Position numbers and translations under genes: made by a program. Below are positions 54,675-64,000 of a DNA stretch of 64,000 bases, one piece after another (position 1 is the first letter of the stretch; each line of letters opens with the position of its first letter). The stretch is from Lacisediminihabitans sp. (lineage in GTDB: Bacteria; Actinomycetota; Actinomycetes; Actinomycetales; Microbacteriaceae). The notes under the pieces are model-generated. The model searched no databases, was not told the DNA's origin, and saw nothing but the letters and a program-made list of their open reading frames with translations. The stretch lies in assembly GCF_036569425.1 (NCBI RefSeq), contig NZ_DATCQQ010000019.1, positions 378 to 64,377 on the forward strand. The letters run 5' to 3'.

Positions 54675-56009
54675 ATGGATCGAGTGAGCGCACCCCTCGA
54701 CACCGCGCCGCACACGCGGTCGCACCTGATCGACCTCGCCCCGCTGCTGCAGAGCCCGGCCTTCGCCACTCTCTGGATCGGCAACTCGATCTCGGGCATC
54801 GGCGCGCAGATGACGATCGTTGCCGTCGGGCTGCACATCTATCAGATCACCGGGTCGACCTTCGCCGTCTCCCTCGTCGGCGCGTTCGCGCTGCTGCCGA
54901 TGATCGTGTTCGGACTCTACGGCGGAATGCTCGCCGACGCCTTCGACCGGCGGCTCGTGCTGCTCGTCGCCGCGATCGTCGCATGGGCGTCCACGATCAC
55001 CCTCGCCGCGCTCGCCTGGACGGGGGTGGAGATCGTCTGGCCCTTCTACCTGCTCACCACCGTGAACGCGGTCGCCGCGACCGTGATCGGCACGGTGCGG
55101 TCGGCCGTGCTTCCGCGCCTCCTCCCGCCCACGCTGCTGCCGGCGGCCGCCGCGCTCTCCGGAGCGAGTTTCGGGGTCATGGTCACCGTCGGTCCGGCCA
55201 TCGCCGGGGTGCTCGTGGCCACCGTCGGCTTCGGCTGGACGTACACCGTGGATGTCGTGCTGTTCCTGAGCGCCTTCCTCGGAATCGCTGCGCTCCCCCG
55301 CCTCGCGCCGGAGGGCGACATCCACCGCCCGGGACTGGAGTCGCTCAGGTACGGACTCGCCTTCCTGCGCACCGCCCCGAACATCCGGATGTCCTTCTTC
55401 GTCGACATCATCGCGATGACCTTCGGTCAACCGCGCGTGCTGTTCCCCGCGGCCGGGGCGCTCGTGCTCGGGGGCGGGCCGGTCACCGTCGGCGTGCTCA
55501 CCGCGGCCGGGGCGCTCGGCGCACTGCTCAGCAGCCTGCTTTCTGGCCGCGTTGGCCACCGGCGCTGGCACGGTCGCGAAATCAGGAACGCGATCCTCGC
55601 CTACGGCGCCTTCATCGTCGGCTTCGGTGCGGTGCTCGCCGTCCTGGGCCTCGGACTCTTCGACCAGGTTCCCGGTTCGGTCGGCAGCCCGAACATCGCC
55701 GCGATCGTCGTGGCGGCGGTCATGCTCGCCGGCGCGGGAGCGGCGGACAACGTGAGCAGCATCTTCCGCCAGACGATGCTGCAGACCGCGGTTCCGGACA
55801 ACATGCGCGGCAGGCTGCAGGGGGTCTTCACCGTCGTCGTCACCGGCGGTCCTCGGATCGGCGACATCTTCGTCGGCATCGTCGCGGCGATCGGGGCACT
55901 CTGGCTGCCGCCGCTTCTCGGCGGCCTGCTCATCCTGAGCCTGCTCCTGCTCGTCACTCGGCTTCAGCGGGGCTTCCTCCGCTACGACGCGTTCGCCCCG
56001 ACCCCCTGA
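54675..56009 (+). CDS. MFS transporter (EntS-like)
   Basis: About 12 TM segments; GMLADAFDRR motif A; MRGRLQG. Confidence 0.92.
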   Translation: MDRVSAPLDTAPHTRSHLIDLAPLLQSPAFATLWIGNSISGIGAQMTIVAVGLHIYQITGSTFAVSLVGAFALLPMIVFGLYGGMLADAFDRRLVLLVAAIVAWASTITLAALAWTGVEIVWPFYLLTTVNAVAATVIGTVRSAVLPRLLPPTLLPAAAALSGASFGVMVTVGPAIAGVLVATVGFGWTYTVDVVLFLSAFLGIAALPRLAPEGDIHRPGLESLRYGLAFLRTAPNIRMSFFVDIIAMTFGQPRVLFPAAGALVLGGGPVTVGVLTAAGALGALLSSLLSGRVGHRRWHGREIRNAILAYGAFIVGFGAVLAVLGLGLFDQVPGSVGSPNIAAIVVAAVMLAGAGAADNVSSIFRQTMLQTAVPDNMRGRLQGVFTVVVTGGPRIGDIFVGIVAAIGALWLPPLLGGLLILSLLLLVTRLQRGFLRYDAFAPTP

Positions 56010-56042
56010 GTGGTTGCCCCGCCCTGGCCCTTCCTGTTTCTC

Positions 56043-56152
56043 CCTTCCGAAATCCATGCATTCCTGGGCAACACGCCGCTCAACTGCGCACCTGGCAGCG
56101 TGTCGCGGAGAATCGCATGGATTTCGGAAGGTCAATGGATTTCGGAAGGTCA
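56043..56152. repeat. Palindromic element copy 2 plus an 18-bp tandem duplication
   Basis: CCTTCCGAAATCCATGC (56043-56059) pairs with GCATGGATTTCGGAAGG (56115-56131); ATGGATTTCGGAAGGTCA x2 at 56117-56152. Confidence 0.85.
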
Positions 56153-58387
56153 GCCGAGCGCGATGCCCGCCGGCAGGTCCCCGTCCGCCACGAGGTACAG
56201 CCGCTGGGTCGCGCGGGTCATCGCCACGTAGAGGGCGCCGGCGCCGCGCTCCGAGGCCGCGACGATTCCCGCCGGGTCGACGACGATCACCGAATCGAAC
56301 TCGAGTCCCTTCGCGTCCTGCGGGGTCATCAGCGCGATGTCGCGCGTGAGTCCCTGGGCTCCGAGTCCCACGGCCGCCCCGAATTCCTCGGCGAGCCGGA
56401 CGCCGAGCTCGTCGATGCCGGTCTCCGGAACGATCACGACGAGGGTTCCCCCCGCGTCCAGGTCCCGTTCCCGGCGCACCGCTTCCACAGCGTCGGTGAG
56501 CACCTCGATGGGCCACTCGCTCGCCCGCACCGCCCTCGACGGCGTCACCGGCAGGCCGTGGGCGACCGCCATCGACTCGGCCGATGCCGCGATCTGGCTC
56601 GGTGTGCGGTAGTTGACGGTGAGCTCCTCGAGCCTCCACCGGTCGCCCTCCGCCGAACCTGCGAGCAGCGGGTCGAGCGCCGTCAGCCAGCTCGACGATG
56701 CGGCGGCCGACGCGGCCTGGGCGATGTCGCCGACGATGGTGAACGAGCGGAGCGGGCCTCGCCGCAGCAGGAGCTTCCACTGCATCGGCGAGAGCTCCTG
56801 GGCCTCGTCGACCACGACGTGGCCGTATGTCCAAGTGCGGTCCACCGCCGCTCGCTCCGCCGTCGTGGCGCGGTCGCCGAGCTCGGCGAAGTTGTCTGCG
56901 AGGTCCTTCGCGTTCACCTGACCCTTCACATCCATGTTCTGGATGGCGGCCTCCGCGTTCTCGATGTCGCGCTTGCGCTGCTGCTTTTGTTCGCGCTTCT
57001 GCGCGGCGTCGACCAGGTTGTATTCGCCGAGGTGCTCGGCCGCCTCGTCGAGGAGGGGGATGTCGGCGATCGTGAACTCCGCATCCCGAGCGCGCCTCAG
57101 CAGGGTGCGCTGCTCGGCGGTCCAGCGCGGCGTCAGCTCGGCGAGCCACTGCGGGCGAGCGTAGAGGTCCTGCAGGAGCTTCTGCGGCGTGAGCGGCAGC
57201 CAGGCCGTGTTGAGCGCCACCCGCACGTCTTCCGCCGAGCGCAGGTCCTCCCGAAGCATGGGGAGGTCCGATTCGTCCATCGAGTTGCCGTTGGCCTTGA
57301 GTTGCGCGAGCCATTCGCGGGAGAGCGCACCGAGGGCGTTCTTCACGAAGGTGACGCGGGCCTCGTTGTACGGCTTGCCGCCCTCCCGCGCGCGGTTCAT
57401 CGCGTTCTGGATGAGCTGCGGGTCGAGGGTGAGCCGGTCGCCGTTCACGTCGAGCTCCTGCGGCTCGGACGGCACGCGCTGACGCGACTTCACCGCGCGG
57501 GCGATGAGCCCGGCCATGAACGCCTTGCCCTTGAGCGCTGCGACGGCCGGCGCATCCTCCCGCGTCGCCTCGACTCCGGGATACAGCTGCCCAACGCTCG
57601 CGAGCACGACGCCGGTCTCACCGAGCGACGGCAGCACGGCCTCGATGTACTGCAGGAACGAGCGAGATGGCCCGACGATGAGCACTCCCGAGTTCTTGAG
57701 TCGGTCGCGGTGCGAGTAGAGCAGGTACGCGGCCCGGTGCAGCGCGACGGCGGTCTTACCGGTGCCGGGCCCGCCCTGCACCACCAGCACACCGCCCAGG
57801 TCGGAGCGGATGATGCGGTCCTGCTCGGCCTGGATCGTCGCGACGATGTCCGACATCCGCCCGGTGCGCTGCGCGGTGAGCGCCGCCAGCAGCGCGCCCT
57901 CGCCCTGCAACTCTGTCGTGTCGCTTTCGAGCAGGGTCGCGTCGAAGATCTCGTCCTCGATGCGGATAACATTGCGGGCCTTGGAGAGCAGGTGGCGCCT
58001 GGCCCTCGCCCCGAGCGGCGTCGCCGCGGTCGCCTGGTAGAAGGCGCTGGCCTGTGGCACCCGCCAGTCGAGCAGGATCGGTTGCAGGTCCTTGTCGCGC
58101 AGGCCGATCCGGCCGATGTAGCGCAGCACGTCGTCGCCGTCTTCGTCGTTCGGTTCGAGTTCGAGCCTGCCGAAGGCGAGGCGCTCGTCCACCTCGCGCA
58201 GCTGCACGATCCGGTCCTCGTAGATGCGCGCGAAGGTGTCGCGTTCGGAGCGCCCCTGGTGGTTGCCCCCTACATCCAGCAGCCTCACCGCGTCGAGTTG
58301 CAGCTCGGCCTCGCGTTTGAGCGCGTCAAGCCTCGCGTAGAGACTTCCGACGTATTCCTGTTCGCGTTGCAGCTCGTGATCGACCAC
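56150..58387 (-). CDS. helD: HelD family RNA-polymerase-associated SF1 helicase-like ATPase
   Basis: RLAFGR, YIGRIGL, LDWRVP, QGGPGTGKT, VDEAQE, GDIAQ, NYRT, KGLEFD, LYVAMTRA. Confidence 0.9.
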   Translation of the reverse strand: MVDHELQREQEYVGSLYARLDALKREAELQLDAVRLLDVGGNHQGRSERDTFARIYEDRIVQLREVDERLAFGRLELEPNDEDGDDVLRYIGRIGLRDKDLQPILLDWRVPQASAFYQATAATPLGARARRHLLSKARNVIRIEDEIFDATLLESDTTELQGEGALLAALTAQRTGRMSDIVATIQAEQDRIIRSDLGGVLVVQGGPGTGKTAVALHRAAYLLYSHRDRLKNSGVLIVGPSRSFLQYIEAVLPSLGETGVVLASVGQLYPGVEATREDAPAVAALKGKAFMAGLIARAVKSRQRVPSEPQELDVNGDRLTLDPQLIQNAMNRAREGGKPYNEARVTFVKNALGALSREWLAQLKANGNSMDESDLPMLREDLRSAEDVRVALNTAWLPLTPQKLLQDLYARPQWLAELTPRWTAEQRTLLRRARDAEFTIADIPLLDEAAEHLGEYNLVDAAQKREQKQQRKRDIENAEAAIQNMDVKGQVNAKDLADNFAELGDRATTAERAAVDRTWTYGHVVVDEAQELSPMQWKLLLRRGPLRSFTIVGDIAQAASAAASSSWLTALDPLLAGSAEGDRWRLEELTVNYRTPSQIAASAESMAVAHGLPVTPSRAVRASEWPIEVLTDAVEAVRRERDLDAGGTLVVIVPETGIDELGVRLAEEFGAAVGLGAQGLTRDIALMTPQDAKGLEFDSVIVVDPAGIVAASERGAGALYVAMTRATQRLYLVADGDLPAGIALG

Positions 58388-58483
58388 TCAAACACCCCTC
58401 AAATCCAGCGTTCAAGTTTAGTCGCTTCCCGGGATGCAACCCGACCGTTCTGAGCCGGAGCGCTCGGTGTTCGCTCTCGGCCA

Positions 58484-58571
58484 CTTCCGAAATCCATGCA
58501 ATTCGTCGCCGTGGTCGGCGTGTCTGTGTCATCGGAGGCGTGTCGCCTTCAGATTGCATGGATTTCGGAAG
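58484..58571. repeat. Palindromic element copy 3
   Basis: CTTCCGAAATCCATGCAAT...ATTGCATGGATTTCGGAAG 19-bp terminal inverted repeats; two internal GGCGTGTC (opposite orientation to copy 1). Confidence 0.85.
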
Positions 58572-58601
58572 GGGCGGAAGGGGCGGGCGGATGCGCGGCG
58601 G

Positions 58602-59801
58602 TCAGGCTGGCGACGGGAGGGCGACGAGCGCCCGGCGGTCGGCGGTGAGCTCGGCGAGCAGGTCAGACTCGTCGAGTTGCGCGCCGATCGATCCCCGGCC
58701 CGAGATGACTCGCTGTCGCGCGAAGGCGAGCCGGGTGGCGGTCCGCACGAATCGGGCGTACCGCGGCTTCAGACCGAAGCGCGACGCCCACGCGATCGCC
58801 TGCCGTCGGCCGGCCGCCGTCGAGAGCAGGTTGACCTCGGTCGGGGTGAACCAGCCGACGGCCGCGTATTCCGCCAGCCGCTCCCTGGTGAGGTTCTGCT
58901 CGTGCCGTCTCAGCCGGGCGACCCCGACAATCGCGAGCACGAACAGGGGAACCTGCACGAGGAAGTAGTAGCGGAACCAGTCTGTTGCCCAGAAGCCTGC
59001 GCTATTCCAGAACGCATGCAGCAGGACCGCCGGGATGAGGCCCGCGATGAAGTAGCCGATGGCGCCGAGACCGCTCGTGCGGCGGGCGGCGAGACCGAGG
59101 GCCAGGCCGGTGCAGGCCGTGAACATCACGTGCGCGAACGGCGAGAGGATGGCGCGCAGCAGGAATGTCTGCACGATGTCGCTGCCGAAGCCGCGGTCCT
59201 CGATGATCGCGAGGCCGAAGTACTGCAGGTTCTCGGTGAACGCGAACCCGATGGCGATCATCGCCCCGTAGACCACTCCGTCGACCGGCCCGTCGAAGGT
59301 GCGCCGCATCGCCCAGAAGACGAGCAGGATGCCGAGCCCCTTCGCGAGCTCCTCCACCACCGGAGCCTGGAAGACCGCGGCGAAGAACTCGGAGCCGGCC
59401 GACTTCGGAATCCCGGCCGCGGCCTCGTAGTACTGCGTGATGCCCGAGAAGACGAGCGCGATCGCGATGGATGCCGCGGCCCCCCAGAGGAAGGCGAAGA
59501 GCAGGGCGCCGCGTGGCTCCGGTTCCCAGCGGTCGATCCAGCGGACGCCGAGCAGCACGATCACGAGCGGGATGCTCGCCAGGAGGAGGGAGACGGCGAG
59601 CGTGCCCGGACCGAGCACGCGCACGAGGTAGCCCGCGACCACCACGAGCAGCGCCGAGAGCAGCACGAATCCCGCGACGGCGAGCACGATCGTCCCGGCT
59701 CCCCGGCGCACCGGGCGCGGCGCCGGCGCCGGCCCCGGCACGACTGCAACGGGCTCGTCGCTCGGCGTAACCCCCTGGCGACCGTACGACGGCTCAGACA
59801 T
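58602..59801 (-). CDS. PrsW family intramembrane metalloprotease
   Basis: RWEPEP, APVVEELAKG, GFAFTEN, HVMFT, LHAFWN. Confidence 0.92.
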   Translation of the reverse strand: MSEPSYGRQGVTPSDEPVAVVPGPAPAPRPVRRGAGTIVLAVAGFVLLSALLVVVAGYLVRVLGPGTLAVSLLLASIPLVIVLLGVRWIDRWEPEPRGALLFAFLWGAAASIAIALVFSGITQYYEAAAGIPKSAGSEFFAAVFQAPVVEELAKGLGILLVFWAMRRTFDGPVDGVVYGAMIAIGFAFTENLQYFGLAIIEDRGFGSDIVQTFLLRAILSPFAHVMFTACTGLALGLAARRTSGLGAIGYFIAGLIPAVLLHAFWNSAGFWATDWFRYYFLVQVPLFVLAIVGVARLRRHEQNLTRERLAEYAAVGWFTPTEVNLLSTAAGRRQAIAWASRFGLKPRYARFVRTATRLAFARQRVISGRGSIGAQLDESDLLAELTADRRALVALPSPA

Positions 59802-60333
59802 CCCGACCCGGGCGGCGGTAGGCGGCGAGAGCGGGGTCGAGAGGCACCCGGCCCACGGTGGCGATGAGGTTGACGGCGATCATCTGCCCGGCGAAGGCGA
59901 GCACGGTGAGGCGGCGCTCCGGGCTGAAGGCGGCCTCGAGCCGCCCATAGAAGGCGTCAGGGATGCCGTGGGGGCTGCGCACGATCAGTCGGCCCCAGTC
60001 GATGAGCAACTGCTCGGTCTCCGTGACCTCCGGTCGGTCCGGGTCGTCCCCCGAGTCGACCAGCAGCTTGCGGAACGCGAGCGAGCACACCTCGCAGTCG
60101 TTCTCGTCCGAGATCGCGTAGGAGAAGAGCGACACGGCCCGCTCACCGATCCAGGGGGCGATCTCCTCCCTGAGGGCGTACCACTGGAGGTACGCCGCGA
60201 AACTCGCCGGGTTCGCGAGAAGCGTCGACTCGAGCGCGGTGATGGGCGAGGCGTCGAACTCGAGGCGTCGTTCGACGGCGGAGCGCGCCTCTGGCGGCAG
60301 TTCGTCGCGCGTGGTCATCGGCAGGAAGGTCAT
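59794..60333 (-). CDS. AhpD/carboxymuconolactone-decarboxylase-like protein
   Basis: ISDENDCEVCS (CxxC) in an all-helical context. Confidence 0.75.
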   Translation of the reverse strand: MTFLPMTTRDELPPEARSAVERRLEFDASPITALESTLLANPASFAAYLQWYALREEIAPWIGERAVSLFSYAISDENDCEVCSLAFRKLLVDSGDDPDRPEVTETEQLLIDWGRLIVRSPHGIPDAFYGRLEAAFSPERRLTVLAFAGQMIAVNLIATVGRVPLDPALAAYRRPGRDV

Positions 60334-60372
60334 GCGAACAGCCTAGGGAGTCGCCGCGCCAGGCGCGCAACG

Positions 60373-61755
60373 TTACGATTCTGGCGCGAAGACCTTGCCC
60401 GGGTTGAGGATGCCGCGCGGGTCGAACACGCGCTTGATCTGCCGCTGGATGCCGAGCTGCGCTTCGCCGAGCTCGTCGCCCAGCCAGCGTCGTTTGAGGA
60501 TGCCCACCCCGTGCTCGCCGGTGAGGGTGCCGCCGAGGCGCAGCGCGGTGACGAAGAGCTCGTCGGCCGCGGCCCAGATGTGATCCGGCACCCCGCCGCC
60601 CTCCTGCGCCCGGTAGACGAAGTTCGGGTGCAGGTTGCCGTCTCCGGCGTGCGCGACGGTCGGAATCTCGATGCCGTACCGGTCGCCGATGTCCGCGATC
60701 GCGGCGAAGATCTGCGGGAGGGCCGAGCGTGGCACGGCGACGTCCTCGATCAGCACGGTCCCCCGGGCCTCGAGCGCTGGGTGGAAGGCGCGCCGGATGG
60801 CGAAGAGCCGTTCGCCCTCGTCGCGATCGGTCGTGATCTCGGCGTCTCCGCCGTGCGAACGAATGATCTCGATCGCCGCCTGCGCCTCGGCCGCGCTCGC
60901 CGCTCCATCCGTCTGCACGAGCAGCCAGGAGTCGCCTCGCGCGGAGAGGTCGAGCGAGAGGTGCGCGTCGATCGCTCGCAGCGCCGCCGCATCGAGCAGC
61001 TCGAGGGCGGCCGGGCGCAGACCGGCCGCGGTGATTGCGGCGGAGGCCGCCGCGGCCGCGGCGATGCTCGGGAAGAAGGCGCCGATCGTGGCGACCGGCC
61101 CGCTGGGCAGGGCACGCAGCTTCACGGTCGCCTCGACGATCACGCCGAGCGTGCCCTCCGATCCGACCATCAGCGCCGTGAGGTCGAGGCCAGTGACGCC
61201 CTTCACGCTGCGGTGGCCGAGGGAGAGCAGCGTGCCGTCGGCGAGCACCACCTTGAGGCCGAGCACCGCCTCGCGCGTCACCCCGTACTTCGCGCAGAGC
61301 AGGCCGCCGGCGTTGGTGGCGATGTTGCCGCCCACGGTGGAGATCGCCTTGCTCGCCGGATCCGGGGCGAACCATAGTCCGTGGGTCGCGAGCACGTCGT
61401 TGAGGTCGGAGTTGATGATCCCGGGTTCGATCACCGCGAGTTCGTCGGCGGCGGAGATCTCGAGGATGCGGTCCATCGCGAGGGTGGAGAGCACGATCTC
61501 GCCGGCACTCGCGATCGCCCCGCCGGCGAGACCGGTACCGGCGCCCCTCGGAACGACCGGGATGCCGTGGTCGTTCGCGATGCGCAGCGTCGCCTGCACG
61601 TCCTCCACGCCGCGCGCCGTCACGAGCGCCAGCGGGAGGGACCGCGAGTCGTGGCCGGACTTGTCGGTGGTGAGCGCCGCCAGTCGCGCCTGGTCGGTCG
61701 TGAGGGCCGTGCCGAGCGCGGAGCGCAGCGCCGCGATGGCATCCTGCGCGCTCAT
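60373..61755 (-). CDS. FAD-linked oxidase (GlcD / D-2-hydroxyacid dehydrogenase-like)
   Basis: PRGAGTGLAGG, FAPDPAS, GGNIATNAGG, HAGDGNLHP, GEHGVG, NPGK. Confidence 0.92.
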   Translation of the reverse strand: MSAQDAIAALRSALGTALTTDQARLAALTTDKSGHDSRSLPLALVTARGVEDVQATLRIANDHGIPVVPRGAGTGLAGGAIASAGEIVLSTLAMDRILEISAADELAVIEPGIINSDLNDVLATHGLWFAPDPASKAISTVGGNIATNAGGLLCAKYGVTREAVLGLKVVLADGTLLSLGHRSVKGVTGLDLTALMVGSEGTLGVIVEATVKLRALPSGPVATIGAFFPSIAAAAAASAAITAAGLRPAALELLDAAALRAIDAHLSLDLSARGDSWLLVQTDGAASAAEAQAAIEIIRSHGGDAEITTDRDEGERLFAIRRAFHPALEARGTVLIEDVAVPRSALPQIFAAIADIGDRYGIEIPTVAHAGDGNLHPNFVYRAQEGGGVPDHIWAAADELFVTALRLGGTLTGEHGVGILKRRWLGDELGEAQLGIQRQIKRVFDPRGILNPGKVFAPES

Positions 61756-62669
61756 CGGCCCGCCCCGTCGATTGCGGCACGGAACGGGATGGAGGGCACC
61801 GCGCCGATCGACTGCACTGACAGGGCGGCGGCCGCGGTCGCGAACCGTGCGGCGTCCTCATACTCCCGACCGTCCGCGATCGCGGCGGCGAACGCCCCGC
61901 AGAAGGTGTCGCCCGCACCGGTCGTGTCCACGGCGGTGACGCGGGGCGCCGTCACACGCACGAGTTCCGTGCCGCGTTCGTAGAGCACAGCACCCGCCGC
62001 GCCGAGGGTGACCACCACGCGACCGACGAGCGAGGCGAGCGTCGCCGAGGCGACATCCAGCCGGTCGGATCCGCCGATCGCGCACGCCTCGTGTTCGTTC
62101 ACGATCAGGTAGTCGAGGCTCGCGATCAGCTCGCGCGGCAGCTCACGGGCGGGGGCCGCATTGAGCATCACGGTCGTGCCGAGGGCGCGGGCCGCCTCGG
62201 CGACCTCCGCGACCCGATCGAGCGGCAGCTCGAGTTGCATGAGCACGACGCTCGCCGCCCCGATCGCCGCCCGGTCGGCCGAGTCGACCGGCCGGAAGGA
62301 GCCGTTGGCTCCCGAGGCGACGATGATCGTGTTCTCGCCGAAGCCGTCGACGACGATGAAGGCCTGGCCGGTCGGCTCGTCGGTGCGCCGAACGAGGTGA
62401 TCGGCGATCGACTCCTCGCGAATGGTGCCGGCGAGCGCGTCGCCGTCCTCGTCGCGGCCGAGAGCGCCGATGAACGTCGTGGCCGCTCCTGCCCGGGCGG
62501 CGGCCACCGCCTGGTTGAGCCCCTTGCCTCCCGCGTACTTGGCGGCCGACTTCGCGAGGATCGTCTCGCCGGGCTGCGGGATGCGTTCGACGGTGAACAC
62601 GATGTCCCGGTTCACGCTCCCCACCACGGTCACTCCGGAGTGGGAAGTCGTCGTTGAATCGCTTGACAT
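61752..62669 (-). CDS. rbsK: Ribokinase (PfkB family)
   Basis: VGSVNRD, GGKGLNQAVAAAR, NAAP, NEHE, VDTTGAGDTF. Confidence 0.9.
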   Translation of the reverse strand: MSSDSTTTSHSGVTVVGSVNRDIVFTVERIPQPGETILAKSAAKYAGGKGLNQAVAAARAGAATTFIGALGRDEDGDALAGTIREESIADHLVRRTDEPTGQAFIVVDGFGENTIIVASGANGSFRPVDSADRAAIGAASVVLMQLELPLDRVAEVAEAARALGTTVMLNAAPARELPRELIASLDYLIVNEHEACAIGGSDRLDVASATLASLVGRVVVTLGAAGAVLYERGTELVRVTAPRVTAVDTTGAGDTFCGAFAAAIADGREYEDAARFATAAAALSVQSIGAVPSIPFRAAIDGAGR

Positions 62670-62714
62670 GCTCCCACAGTAGCCTCGCCGCGGTGTCCGA
62701 TTTCCGCTAGTCAA

Positions 62715-62736
62715 TGTCGGGCGCCCGTGTGAGAGT
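62715..62736 (+). promoter_or_regulatory. PafBC-type DNA-damage promoter, leaderless
   Basis: TGTCGG-N10-GAGAGT-N6-ATG, the same geometry as at 12431-12452. Confidence 0.65.
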
Positions 62737-62742
62737 GGAGCA

Positions 62743-64000
62743 ATGACCTCCACACCTCCGGCCGCTGTCCGGGCCAGGGACCCGCTGTTCGCCGAGCGCT
62801 ACCGGGCAATGTCGTCCCGCGACTCGCGCTTCGATGGGCAGTTCATCACCGGGGTGCATTCCACCGGCATCTACTGCCGCCCGAGCTGCCCGGCGATAAC
62901 GCCGAAGCCGTCGAACGTCACCTTCTACCGCACGGCCGCCGCGGCGCACGAGGCCGGGCTTCGCGCCTGCAAGCGCTGCCTGCCCGATGCCGTGCCCGGG
63001 TCGCCGGAGTGGAACATCCGCGATGACGTGGCCTCTCGCGCGATGCGGCTCATCGCCGACGGCACCGTCGAGCGTCACGGCGTGCCCGGCCTCGCCGCCC
63101 GGCTCGGCTACACGCCGCGGCACCTCGGCCGCGTGCTCGTGAGCGAGCTGGGGGCCGGTCCCCTCGCCCTCGCCCGCGCGCACCGGGCCCAGACGGCCCG
63201 CACGCTCCTCGTGAGCACCGACTTGGCGGTGGCAGACGTCGCGTTCGCGGCCGGCTTCGCGAGCATCCGCCAATTCAACGACACGATGCTCGCAGTGTAC
63301 GAGTCGACGCCCACGGCGCTGCGGGCGCGCGGCCGCGGCGGGACCGAGCGCCACCGCCAGGTCGCCACCGCGACGGAGCCCACGAACATCACGCTGAGGC
63401 TGCCGGCCAGGGCCCCGTTCGACGGCGCCGGCCTGATGCGCTTTCTCGCGGATCACGCGGTCGCCGGCATCGAGACCGGAGACGCCGGGCGGTTCTGTCG
63501 TTCGGTGCGGCTTCCGCACGGGGTCGCCGAGGTCGAGCTGAGCCTCGACGGGCCGACGGCTGTGCTCTGCACCGCGAGGCTCGAGAACATCGCCGACCTG
63601 TCCACTCTCGTCTCCCGGGTGCGTCGGCTGCTCGATCTCGACGCCGACTCCGAGGCGATTGATTCGTCGCTCGCGCGCGATCCGGTGCTGGCGCCTCTTG
63701 TCCTCGCTCGCCCCGGGTTGCGGCTGCCGGGCAGCCTCGACGCCGAGGAGGCCCTCTTCCGCACGATGATCGGGCAGCAGATCTCGGTCGCCGCGGCGCG
63801 CACGGTGCTCGCCAGGCTCGCGCGGGAGCTGTCCGACGCTCCCGGGCTCTTCCCGACCACGGCGACGATCGCCGAGCACGGGGGCGAGGCGCTCCGCGGG
63901 CCGTCCTCCCGGGTGGCGAGCGTTCTCGGCGTCGCCCGGGCGATCGCGAGCGGATCGCTCGCGCTCGACGTGGGGATGACCACCGAGGAGTTCACCGCGC
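62743..64000 (+). CDS. alkA: Ada (Zn-binding + AraC HTH)-AlkA DNA-3-methyladenine glycosylase, runs off the right edge
   Basis: Not in the ORF track; translated by hand: RDSRFDGQF...TGIYCRPSCPA...RACKRCLP, HTH with FASIRQFNDT, AlkA_N, IGQQISVAAAR. Confidence 0.93.
   Translation, partial: MTSTPPAAVRARDPLFAERYRAMSSRDSRFDGQFITGVHSTGIYCRPSCPAITPKPSNVTFYRTAAAAHEAGLRACKRCLPDAVPGSPEWNIRDDVASRAMRLIADGTVERHGVPGLAARLGYTPRHLGRVLVSELGAGPLALARAHRAQTARTLLVSTDLAVADVAFAAGFASIRQFNDTMLAVYESTPTALRARGRGGTERHRQVATATEPTNITLRLPARAPFDGAGLMRFLADHAVAGIETGDAGRFCRSVRLPHGVAEVELSLDGPTAVLCTARLENIADLSTLVSRVRRLLDLDADSEAIDSSLARDPVLAPLVLARPGLRLPGSLDAEEALFRTMIGQQISVAAARTVLARLARELSDAPGLFPTTATIAEHGGEALRGPSSRVASVLGVARAIASGSLALDVGMTTEEFTA

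Noticed and set aside
54624-58453. 896-aa and 1156-aa ORFs overlapping the MFS and helD genes
   Set aside because: Arg/Gly/Pro-rich off-frame or antisense shadows of well-supported genes.
58388-58483. Possible rifamycin-resistance HelR
   Set aside because: No RAE palindrome is visible upstream, so it is treated as ordinary HelD.

Overview
High-GC actinobacterial chromosome segment; the gene repertoire suggests Microbacteriaceae (inference). No rRNA, tRNA, CRISPR array, transposase or prophage was seen. Core genes: rpsO, pnp, an M16 peptidase, RNase HI, HelD, a leucine/branched-chain catabolism region (bkdABC-like E1a/E1b/E2, an accD1/accA1-MaoC-CitE operon and a divergent BkaR/AccR-type TetR with two 16-bp operators), a DctA/CitE/CitAB-like module, an LLM/FMN-reductase pair, and an Ada-AlkA gene at the right edge. 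Most interesting: (1) a five-gene redox operon at 49.3-52.5 kb encoding a 79-aa Ser/Thr/Gly-rich exported micro-protein, an ApbE flavin transferase with no signal peptide, a di-heme ferric-reductase-like membrane protein, a NuoF-like flavoprotein and a ferredoxin, with no canonical FMN-binding substrate in the window; (2) four paralogous 4-Cys lipoproteins, three of them in tandem; (3) three NERD-like genes with progressively eroded nuclease motifs; (4) dispersed ~85-bp palindromic REP/MITE-like elements; (5) readable stress promoters: PafBC-type at the HNH/DUF222 gene and alkA, SigH/SigR-type at the LLM operon, and DosR/OsdR-like boxes; (6) four gene relics (TetR, SOUL, GH81, VOC) and many short tandem repeats. 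All family assignments come from motif recognition by eye; no database search was run.
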